IMG/VR virus record: IMGVR_UViG_3300027759_000063
Span: 35,594 to 99,593 of that record
Length of the DNA stretch: 64,000 nucleotides
DNA from: a virus
Reading direction: 5' to 3' (one strand)
The notes beneath the pieces were generated by a model. It saw only the letters and a program-made list of their open reading frames with translations, ran no database searches and was not told where the DNA came from. Positions 54,301 to 62,072 of the stretch are shown here, in pieces. Each line of letters begins with the position of its first letter. Position 1 is the first letter of the stretch. The position numbers were made by a program, and so were the translations under genes.

Positions 54301-57300
54301 TGATGTTGCCAGCGGCTGACAGAGTGGTACTACTGATTACATTAGCACCTGTGATGTTGCCGCTTGCTCCTGAAATGGAAATATTGCTTGCTATCACATT
54401 GCCAGTGACACTTACAAAATCGGTGTTGACGTTGCCACTGGTTATGTTACCTGTAGCACTGATCAATCCTGCTGTGGTGATGTTGCCACCAGTGATGTTG
54501 CCAGTTACTGCGGCATTGCTGGTGACGCTTAAATTACCACCAGCTATGTTGGCAGTGGTTGTGATATTAGCGGCACTGGTCAATGCGCTGACCACGTTGC
54601 CACTCAAACTCAATCCAACTGAATTTATGTTACCACCAAAGATATTGCCAGTGGCACTGACTTGACCTGCTGTGCGTATATTGCCGCCTGTGACATTGCC
54701 GGCACCAGAAACAATACCACCTGTGACAATGTTACCACCAGCTACGTTGGCTGTGGCACTGATTTGACCTGTGGCCAGCACAGCACCACCAGTTAATATG
54801 TTACCACCTGTGATGTTGGCAGTGACGCTGACTACACCACCAGTCAATATGTTACCACCAGTGATGTTGGCGGTTGTGATTACATTGCCTGTGAGTGCAA
54901 TCAAGTTGCCCGTATAGGTGGGCAAGTATGCAGCCACATTGGCATTGCCATATGTGGCTGGCAGCCCGGTCAATTGCGATCCATTGCCAATGAAAAACGA
55001 ACCAGCAATGTTGCCCACAGCTGAAATGTTGGCAGTGGCATTGACGTTGGCGCCAACAATGTTGGCAGTGGCACTGAGTGTGGTTGACGTTATCACGTTG
55101 GCGCCTGTGATGTTACCACCCGAACCTGCTGTGATCAAATTACCAGCAAGTACGTTGCCCACAGCACTGACATTACCTGCTGTGGAAACCAAGCCTGCAG
55201 TGTTGATATTGCCGCCAGCAACATTACCAGTGACATTTAGCGCACTTACAACGTTTGAACTCAAACTCAGCCCAGCAGCGTTCAAGTTCCCGCCAGTGAT
55301 GTTGCCAGTTACCGAAACAGTGGCACCTGTGTGTGTTGTGGCATTGACATTGGCTCCACCCAGTATATTACCACCAGTGATGTTGCCAGTTGCTGACACT
55401 TGACCAGCAGTACGCAAATTGCCTGTATCAATGTTGCCTGTCACGCTCAAACTTGGCAACGTTCCAATACTAGTAGCTGTGACACCGGTCAGTAGTGAGC
55501 CATTACCAATGTAATAATTGCCAGTGATGTTGCCAGTTGCTGATACTTGTCCTGCAGTGGTCAAGTTGCCACCAGCAATGTTGGCTGTCACCGCCAAACT
55601 GCCCAATGTACCTACTGAAGTAATATTGGTTTGTGCGGCTGTGATCAATGTACCTGCAATGCTAGTACCCGATAAGTTGCCACCAATGATGTTGCCTATG
55701 GCGCTGACTACGCCAGCAGTGTTTATGTTTCCGCCAGTGACATTGGCGCTGGCGCTGACTGAAGCAGCACTTACAGCAGCCGCTGTACTCAAATTACCAC
55801 CAGTTACATTTCCTGACGCACTGATCGTGACCGCACTTACTGCGGCAGAACTAATTACATTGCCACCAATCACATTGCCTGTGGCCGACACATTGCCTGT
55901 GGCACTTACGGCACCTGTTGTAACAACGTTACCTGCATTGACGTTGCCGGCAGCAGAAACCAGTCCTGTGGTTCTCAAGTTGCCTGACTGTGTATTACCT
56001 GCCACTGTGAGCAAGTTTGGTCCAGCGGTGTCAAAAGTCAATCCTGCTGTGGCACCAGCGTTGCCGTTGTTGTTGAATATGACTTGTGTGTTTGATCCAG
56101 GCACAGTCAAGTTGCCTGTTACGTTGCCTGAGAAGTTACCAACAAAGTATCCAGCAGTTGTGATGTTGCCTGCTGATGATATCTGACCAGCAGTGGTCAA
56201 ATTTCCACCAGCCACATTGCCTGTAGCAGTGAGTGTACTAGGAGCAAATGCTCCTGTGATGCTTAGATTACCACCAGCAATGTTGGCTGTGGTTGTGATG
56301 TTGCCTGTGGCAGTGATCTGACCAGCAGTTGAAATATTTCCACCAATCACATTACCAGTTGACGATAATAGACCACCAGTGTTGATATTTCCGCCAGTGA
56401 TGTTGGCTGTGGTGGTAATTGCAGATGTTGAGTTAATTGCGCTGACCACGTTGCCGCTCAAACTCAAGCCTACACCATTTAATGTATTGGCACTGGTAAT
56501 ATTACCCAGCGCACTTATGGTGCCACCAGTTATGCCTGGGCCAACTCTAATGTCTTGAGCTATGACATTGCCCGCGGTAGAAACATTTCCACCTGTGTTG
56601 ATGTTGCCACCAATCACATTGCCTGTGGCCGACACTGTGTTGGTAGATAGCAACACACCTGATACAATTACGTTACCGCCAGTGATGTTGCCGGTGCCCG
56701 ACACTGTACCAATACCAAATGCCACGTTACCATTGAATACTGCGCCGTTGACGTTGCCACCAGTGCTGATCACACCTGATCCGGCCAATATGTTGCCGCC
56801 AGTGATGTTGCCAGTTGTGACAATAACACCTGATCCAGCCAGCAAGTTACCGCCCGTGACATTGGCAGTGGCGCTGATGTTACCGCCAGTTATGATATTG
56901 CCCGTTGCACTTATAATATTACCAACAACAAGATTGCCAACGCCTGGACCATTACTAACAGTTAAATTACCAACTTGTGCATCGCCATTACCTAGTAATT
57001 TGAATATGCCAAACAGAATGTTACCGCCAGTGATGTTACCAGTTGCACTGATTACACCTGTGACATATTCACCTGTTGTGGCAAACACTGCCACGTTACC
57101 GGTTCCGCCTACTCCAACTGATACATTGCCCCCTGAATTCACAATAGTAACATTACTTGTACCATTGTTGATATTGGCCACACTGGTGATCACACCAGTC
57201 AACAATGCACCGTTGCCTAAAATGTATCCGCCAGTGATATTGCCGGCTGTGGATATGGGGTTGGTGCCAAACGCAGCTAAGTTGGCAGCCACATTGGCAT

Positions 57301-58951
57301 TGCCATAACTGGCAGCGACACCAGTCAAGAACGCACCATTGCCCAAAACATAATTGCCTTGAACATTGGCCGTTGTGATAACATTGCCTGTAAGTGCTGC
57401 CAAATTGCCAGTGTATATAGGCAAGTATGCAGCCACGTTGGCATTGCCATAACTGGCAGCAATGCCTGTGAGTTGACTGCCGTTACCAATAAAATAGTTA
57501 CCAGTCACGTTGCCAATGGCACTGACCACACCACCAGTTATGACATTTCCAATCTGCGCATTGCCACTCAAGGTCAGTAAATTGGCAGTGTAGTCAAATG
57601 TCAATCCTGCTGACGCACCTGCATTACCAAAGTCGTTGTACAGTACCTGTGTGTTAACACCTGGTACGACAATGTTACCAGTGACGTTGCCTGAGAAATT
57701 ACCAATAAAGAATCCAGTTGTGGTAATATTGCCTGTGGAACTTATTTGTCCAGCTGTAGTAATGTTGCCACCACGCACGTTGCCAATGGCACTAACCACA
57801 CCTGCGGTATTTAAATTGCCGCCAGTGACATTACCGGTTGATGATACCACGCCAGAAGTGTTGACATTACCACCAGTGATGTTTCCACTTGCAACAACTG
57901 ACACTGCTGACACAGCAGCAGTAGCTATTAAATTGCCGCCAGTTACGTTACCAGCAGTAATCACAGCACCAGCTACTAAGTTTCCAGTGCTGGAAACAAT
58001 ACCAGAAATAACTATATTGCCACCAGCAATATTGCCAGAGTACACTGGCAAATATGCGGCTACATTGGCATTGCTGTAAGTTTCAGGCAAACCACTGAGC
58101 AAGGCACCATTACCAAGAATGTATCCACCAGATATGTTTGCAACAGTGACAATGTTTCCTGTTGTGTTTACTTGCCCAGCAACAGACAGCCCAGCGGTGG
58201 AAAATGTGCCACGTGTGGTGTTGTTTACTGCAACTACAACATTGCCCCCGGCCACTGCTATGGCAACATTGCTGTTGCCGTTGCTGATTGTGTTGGCACC
58301 TGCAGATCCTGAGCCGGCAACAACAAATGTTCCGCCAGCTTGATTGGTGAATACCAAAGCAGTGGCGTTGGAAGAAATTGTGGCATTGTTGAGATAGATT
58401 GTGTTGCCACTGAGGTATAAATCATTCCAGGCCTGTGTGGCACTACCTAGGTCATAAGTTACGTTGGCTGCTGGCAGTACATTCCCAGCAAATGCAGTGG
58501 CAAATTTTGTGAACACCACTGTATTGGAACTGTTTTGAACGCCAACAGTGATGTTGCCGCCTGGAGTTACTGTGACATTGCTGGTGCCCAAAGAAATACT
58601 TGGAGAGGCCGAGGCCTGCACTCCAGTTAATTGACTGCCATTACCTACAAAATATTGGGCATATACTGTGTCTATGCGTTGTGTTGATGCACCAATATCA
58701 TACACAGCGTCAATACTGGGTATGATTGTAGAATTGGCTTGAATGTTGCCAATGCCGTTAGCTCGCAACACCAGATTGTTGTTGACCCCAGTAACAGTGA
58801 TGGTATTGCCGGAGATAACGACATTGCTGCCAACAGGGCCAGCGGTATAAATCTCAGTAAAATTTTCGTTTACCGCGGTGAATGCATCGCGTAACGGTTC
58901 ACCAGTGCCGTCATTTGCGGCAGCACCTGTGTCAATAATCTGTTGTGCCAT
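51392..58951 (-). CDS. Giant fibre protein (2519 aa): gp9/gp10-like N-terminus plus GN(I/V)TGGN and YFIGNGSQLTG repeats
   Basis: N-terminal IDTG.AANDGTGEPLR.AF..VNENF.EIY resembles the T4 gp9/gp10 N-terminus; TAAATA at 58974-58979. Confidence 0.8.
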   Translation of the reverse strand: MAQQIIDTGAAANDGTGEPLRDAFTAVNENFTEIYTAGPVGSNVVISGNTITVTGVNNNLVLRANGIGNIQANSTIIPSIDAVYDIGASTQRIDTVYAQYFVGNGSQLTGVQASASPSISLGTSNVTVTPGGNITVGVQNSSNTVVFTKFATAFAGNVLPAANVTYDLGSATQAWNDLYLSGNTIYLNNATISSNATALVFTNQAGGTFVVAGSGSAGANTISNGNSNVAIAVAGGNVVVAVNNTTRGTFSTAGLSVAGQVNTTGNIVTVANISGGYILGNGALLSGLPETYSNANVAAYLPVYSGNIAGGNIVISGIVSSTGNLVAGAVITAGNVTGGNLIATAAVSAVSVVASGNITGGNVNTSGVVSSTGNVTGGNLNTAGVVSAIGNVRGGNITTAGQISSTGNITTTGFFIGNFSGNVTGNIVVPGVNTQVLYNDFGNAGASAGLTFDYTANLLTLSGNAQIGNVITGGVVSAIGNVTGNYFIGNGSQLTGIAASYGNANVAAYLPIYTGNLAALTGNVITTANVQGNYVLGNGAFLTGVAASYGNANVAANLAAFGTNPISTAGNITGGYILGNGALLTGVITSVANINNGTSNVTIVNSGGNVSVGVGGTGNVAVFATTGEYVTGVISATGNITGGNILFGIFKLLGNGDAQVGNLTVSNGPGVGNLVVGNIISATGNIITGGNISATANVTGGNLLAGSGVIVTTGNITGGNILAGSGVISTGGNVNGAVFNGNVAFGIGTVSGTGNITGGNVIVSGVLLSTNTVSATGNVIGGNINTGGNVSTAGNVIAQDIRVGPGITGGTISALGNITSANTLNGVGLSLSGNVVSAINSTSAITTTANITGGNINTGGLLSSTGNVIGGNISTAGQITATGNITTTANIAGGNLSITGAFAPSTLTATGNVAGGNLTTAGQISSAGNITTAGYFVGNFSGNVTGNLTVPGSNTQVIFNNNGNAGATAGLTFDTAGPNLLTVAGNTQSGNLRTTGLVSAAGNVNAGNVVTTGAVSATGNVSATGNVIGGNVISSAAVSAVTISASGNVTGGNLSTAAAVSAASVSASANVTGGNINTAGVVSAIGNIIGGNLSGTSIAGTLITAAQTNITSVGTLGSLAVTANIAGGNLTTAGQVSATGNITGNYYIGNGSLLTGVTATSIGTLPSLSVTGNIDTGNLRTAGQVSATGNITGGNILGGANVNATTHTGATVSVTGNITGGNLNAAGLSLSSNVVSALNVTGNVAGGNINTAGLVSTAGNVSAVGNVLAGNLITAGSGGNITGANVITSTTLSATANIVGANVNATANISAVGNIAGSFFIGNGSQLTGLPATYGNANVAAYLPTYTGNLIALTGNVITTANITGGNILTGGVVSVTANITGGNILTGGAVLATGQISATANVAGGNIVTGGIVSGAGNVTGGNIRTAGQVSATGNIFGGNINSVGLSLSGNVVSALTSAANITTTANIAGGNLSVTSNAAVTGNITGGNITTAGLISATGNITSGNVNTDFVSVTGNVIASNISISGASGNITGANVISSTTLSAAGNITGGNMITAGVVSAASMAVTANIDGGNLRTAGLITATGNVTGGNLNAVALSLSGNVVSPLNVTGNITGGNLNAVALSLSGNVVSPLNVTGNITGGNIISAAAMSAASITTTGNVLVGGNLTVNGDITYNNVSSFNVEDPIIGLGRGANNTPLTVDDGKDRGTDLWYFDTTEKQAFVGFNDTSKKMFAATDVSIANEIVTVNSYGSFVVGNLQGATVSVTGNVAGNYYIGNGSLLTGVVATSIGTLPSLSVTGNIVTGNLSAIEQLNATGNVVGGNIISPAAISGASVNASGNITGANLNATGMSLNGNVVSALNVTSNITGANINSAGQVSATANVIGGNVSTAGLITATGNVTGGNLVTAAAVSAASVSASANITGGNLLTAGLISAVGNIFANSLNAVELSLSGNVISPLNITGNVTSGNLNAVALSLSGNVVSPLNITGNVTSGNVATAGLITATGNVTGGNVITTGAVSAASVSASGNVTGGNIVTAGLITAVGQIVSTANVVGGNIITAALVQGLTVSATANVVGGNVNISGLVSAGGNVTGGNLATAGLATVTGNVTGGNLITGGLTSATGNVTGGNLITGGLTSVTGNVIGGNISTAGLVTATGNIVSGALISAAGNVIAAGNVQGQNFIGNLLGNIALTNSSNSQVLFNSDGLLVGDSGLIFDYTANALTVGGALVTTNGGDLTVGGKATITGNISTTIGNIGGGNVLATTLLSSAGNVIGANINTGGVVSSTGNVIGGNINTAGLVSVTGNITGGNVVTAGLITATGNVTGGNIVTAALVQGLTVSATANVIGGNVSTAGLITATGNVNAANFITGAQVIATGNVSGGNINTGGLISAAGNIIGGNLSGISIVGTLTTAAQTNITSVGTLGSLAVTGNVVGGNLITNSGFVFATGNITGGNLNAAGLSLSGNVISAINMTANITTTANVNANNINATSTININNARVATIDDAAALAIALG

Positions 58952-59001
58952 AGATCTACAATGTCCTCTGATGTATTTACCAAAAGGACTTGTTTGCTAT
59001 T

Positions 59002-60507
59002 TTAGGATAATCTGGTGTAGGTTAAATAACTGCCACTCTGTATGTTGATGTTTGCCGCACTGGTTTGTGCTTGAATTGCAACATTGGCGTTGCCAGCACT
59101 GTAGATGGTGCCGGTTATTCTGGCTGTTCTGGGTGTGGTTCCAGTCATGGCCTGAGTGGCAGCGGCGGTGGCTGACACATTGGAAGTTGATGTGCTAAAT
59201 GCTGAAGTTTGTGTGGTTTGCGCTTCCACAGTGTAGTAACAGGTTCCTGCGTCAAAATATGTGCTGAATCCAGTGGTGGTACCACCAGCAGGCAATATAG
59301 GCATGTATGCTTCAAACTTGTAGGTGTATCCGCCCAGCATGAAGAATCCCAAACTGCCAATGTTGGCCATTGATGCACTGGCAAAAGCCACAGTGGTGGG
59401 TTGCCAAACTACATTTTCTACCCCAATGCCCGTGCCCGAACTGTTGCCAGAGATGCTGATATTAGCACCAACAATATTACCCGACGCAGTGACAGTACCA
59501 CTGCGCACGTTGCCTGTTGTGCTGAAATTTTGAGTAGCATTGAAGTTGGCAGCATTCACATTGCCAGTTACTGAAACTTGGTCATCACTGTTGATGTTGC
59601 CGCCACGAATGTTGCCTGTGGCAGTTATGCCAGCAGCACCTGCACTGATCGCGCCCAAACTGATGATGTTACCACCTGTGATGTTACCGGTCACTGTGGC
59701 CAGTCCTCCAGTGATCAAGTTACCACCAGTGACGTTGCCAGTGGTACTGGTCAGTCCTGAATTTAAGATATTGCCAGAGCTGACGTTGCCAATCACACTG
59801 GCATTGCCACTTATGTAAGCATTACCAGTCACAGCAAAAGTGTGCAAAGGTGCAGCATTGGCAATGCCCACATTGCCCGAACTGCCAATCACAGTGATTC
59901 TTGTTGTGGGTGTGGCACCACTGCCTGTTTGAATTTGAATGTTGGCGTTGCCATTGGTGTCTTCATATACAGCTTGAATTCTGGCTGTGATTCTAGGGCC
60001 AGCCCCTGTTAAGTCCCCTGTGAACCATTCTATGGCACCAATGTTGCCTGCTACACCAACTGTGGTATTAGCGTCTTGAAATCTAATCATCTGACTGGTT
60101 GTAGCGCCAGTTGTTTGTGTCAACACAATGTTGCCTGTGGCAACAGTTAAATTACCACCATTAACATTGCCTGTGGCCGAAACTTGCCCTGCGGTGTTGA
60201 TATTACCGCCAGTGACATTGCCAGTGACACTTTGTAATCCAGTAATGAATTGACCAGTGGTGGCAAAAACTGCTACATTGCTCACAGCACCAATTGTGAT
60301 GTTGGCGTTGCCGTTGACCACAGGGATTTCCATGCTGGTGGTGCCATTAAATATCTTGTCAGCGTTGATATTACCTGTCAACACAGCATTACCTGTAACT
60401 GTGAGATTGCCCACAATATTAACATTGGTGCTTTGTAAGGTGACTAAATCACCTGCATTTATGGTTTCTATGGTGTAATCGCCACTGACACGTTTGACTG
60501 TTGACAT
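59002..60507 (-). CDS. Fibre protein (501 aa) with GNxT repeats
   Basis: Same repeat family, with a distinct C-terminal beta domain. Confidence 0.75.
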   Translation of the reverse strand: MSTVKRVSGDYTIETINAGDLVTLQSTNVNIVGNLTVTGNAVLTGNINADKIFNGTTSMEIPVVNGNANITIGAVSNVAVFATTGQFITGLQSVTGNVTGGNINTAGQVSATGNVNGGNLTVATGNIVLTQTTGATTSQMIRFQDANTTVGVAGNIGAIEWFTGDLTGAGPRITARIQAVYEDTNGNANIQIQTGSGATPTTRITVIGSSGNVGIANAAPLHTFAVTGNAYISGNASVIGNVSSGNILNSGLTSTTGNVTGGNLITGGLATVTGNITGGNIISLGAISAGAAGITATGNIRGGNINSDDQVSVTGNVNAANFNATQNFSTTGNVRSGTVTASGNIVGANISISGNSSGTGIGVENVVWQPTTVAFASASMANIGSLGFFMLGGYTYKFEAYMPILPAGGTTTGFSTYFDAGTCYYTVEAQTTQTSAFSTSTSNVSATAAATQAMTGTTPRTARITGTIYSAGNANVAIQAQTSAANINIQSGSYLTYTRLS

Positions 60508-61095
60508 TTAAAAGTCCTTTGTGTTATTTATACGGTTTAGGAAGTCTGCAATAGGCATATGCCTTAGATTAGGCAATCCATTGAGTTCGGCAACGGTGGC
60601 TGTGGTTTCCCCTTGAACTCGATAAAAACTAATTTTTGGAAAATCTTTTACCACTGTGACTATTTGTCTAGACCAGTTTCCAGTGTATGTGGGAGGTGAT
60701 GAGCTTTTTTTATAAAATTCCGTATCAGCGTACACATTGTTGAATCGATTGCCAGCAGTAGGACCCATGTCAAATCCTATGAGATACACTGCAACATTAC
60801 GATCCAGTGCTGCCACTGACACTGCAATGGGTCCAGAGCTGTAGCCAAAATACTTTTGAGGCACATTTTTGGCACCCAGTCCCGGCAGGGGTTTTCGGGT
60901 GTACATCAAGTTTTTTTCAGCATATCCAGAATGCTGAATTTCATGGGCAATGCCTTTGTCTGTGCTGACCAGTACATCTGGTACAAATTCTCTGTACAAG
61001 GCATTGCAACCGTAAACACGCCCACACGATTTTAATACCAGCAGATCCACTGCCAATCTGCTGACTCCGTTACCCAAAACAAATGCTGCACTCAT
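60508..61095 (-). CDS. Maf/Cst-like (MAF_flag10-type) putative glycosyltransferase
   Basis: VLGNGVSR, GCNALYR...PDVLVSTD, YSSGP.A, YLIGFD. Confidence 0.55.
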   Translation of the reverse strand: MSAAFVLGNGVSRLAVDLLVLKSCGRVYGCNALYREFVPDVLVSTDKGIAHEIQHSGYAEKNLMYTRKPLPGLGAKNVPQKYFGYSSGPIAVSVAALDRNVAVYLIGFDMGPTAGNRFNNVYADTEFYKKSSSPPTYTGNWSRQIVTVVKDFPKISFYRVQGETTATVAELNGLPNLRHMPIADFLNRINNTKDF

Positions 61096-61101
61096 AGAAA
61101 A

Positions 61102-61126
61102 TCCTCCCAGTATGTAGCTGGGAGGA
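61102..61126 (-). promoter_or_regulatory. Hairpin occluding a GGAGG RBS (possibly also a terminator)
   Basis: TCCTCCCAG-CTACATA-CTGGGAGGA-TTTTCT-ATG(61095). Confidence 0.6.
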
Positions 61127-61143
61127 CCAGGTTGTGTTACAAA

Positions 61144-61929
61144 TTAAGAAGTAACGTTGTCTACAATGGCTAGATCTAACAAGTTTTGTTGACCAGCGGC
61201 CACAGTGCCAGTGTTGGCAGCGCCAGTGGTTCCTGACTTGATCACTGTGCCTTCGTCAGTGAAGAAGTTGGTGGCATATCGTTTGTCTGCAATCACCGAA
61301 GTGGCTGCGTAAGTTGATCCGCCAGTCCAATCCAACAAGAATTTGTTGGTCAGCTTGCTGACAGTGGTAGCAGTTGAATCGCCTGTGGTAAAAGTAATGG
61401 CCATGAGTCCTGCAGCAGGAGTCACATCATCATCCAGCACACACACGCCTACACTGAAGGCTGCGCCGTTGCCGGATCCTCCAACAGAAGTTGCTGTGAA
61501 AATTGTGCCTAACCCAAAGTTGGTAGGAGCACCGGCAGCAGTCCAGTTGGTGGTTGTGCCCACAGTGCTGATTTGATAGGCTTGACCCACCACAAACGAG
61601 CCGTCGTTGACGCCGGTGGCATCGCCCACTAGATATTTGTGACTGCCTTTTTGGCGGATGATATAGCCCGTGGCCACACCAATGCCTGTGCCTGACGGAT
61701 TGGCAATGTTCACAGTGACATCAACTCTGGGGTTGGTTGCACTAGGGGTATCAGTTGGTGCTGCACCGCCTACAACACCTAGATATTCAGTGGTGTTGAG
61801 TGTGTCAGCAGTATTGACCACCGGTGCGGTCAATGACCCAAAGTTGGGAAAGCCAAGATCCACACTGACGCTTGCGCCGCCATTGCCAGATCCTGTGCTT
61901 GATTTTTGTATTTTAAGAGGACGTCCCAT
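61144..61929 (-). CDS. Virion structural protein (261 aa)
   Basis: MGRPLKI start, GYIIRQKGSHKYLV, T/G/A-rich; strong TAAGGAG RBS; late promoter at 62018-62023. Confidence 0.7.
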   Translation of the reverse strand: MGRPLKIQKSSTGSGNGGASVSVDLGFPNFGSLTAPVVNTADTLNTTEYLGVVGGAAPTDTPSATNPRVDVTVNIANPSGTGIGVATGYIIRQKGSHKYLVGDATGVNDGSFVVGQAYQISTVGTTTNWTAAGAPTNFGLGTIFTATSVGGSGNGAAFSVGVCVLDDDVTPAAGLMAITFTTGDSTATTVSKLTNKFLLDWTGGSTYAATSVIADKRYATNFFTDEGTVIKSGTTGAANTGTVAAGQQNLLDLAIVDNVTS

Positions 61930-61937
61930 TTTTGTTT

Positions 61938-62017
61938 CTCCTTAAAGAAGTCCGATCGGAGTTCTAGTCCGTACGCGGCGGGTTAAACCGCATAAAACGC
62001 CGTATTGCGTTGACTTT
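61938..62017 (-). ncRNA. Candidate structured cis-regulatory leader (four-way junction)
   Basis: P1 AAGTC/GACTT enclosing AACGC/GCGTT, TATGCGG/CCGCGTA and CGGA/TCCG hairpins; ends beside the RBS. Confidence 0.5.
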
Positions 62018-62061
62018 TATTTATGGATCTGTTAAAATAATAAACCACACTGTATAACCTG

Positions 62062-62067
62062 TAAATA
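62062..62067 (+). promoter_or_regulatory. T4-like late promoter core, leaderless
   Basis: TAAATA-TTGCC-ATG(62073). Confidence 0.65.
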
Positions 62068-62072
62068 TTGCC

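Noticed and set aside
47495-60478. Many long plus-strand ORFs rich in LPPV(T/M)LPV (e.g. 52416-53627, 53703-54665)
   Set aside because: They are antisense shadows of the GGN/GNIT repeat codons, with no RBS or promoter.
43468-60507. Diversity-generating retroelement acting on the fibres
   Set aside because: No reverse transcriptase and no template/variable repeat pair with adenine-specific differences was seen in this window.
61948-62016. Cloverleaf as a tRNA gene (plus-strand GTTCTAG looks T-loop-like)
   Set aside because: Arm order and lengths do not fit a tRNA, and there is no 7-bp acceptor stem or CCA; kept as a leader RNA candidate. No tRNA was recognised elsewhere by eye, but tRNAscan was not run.
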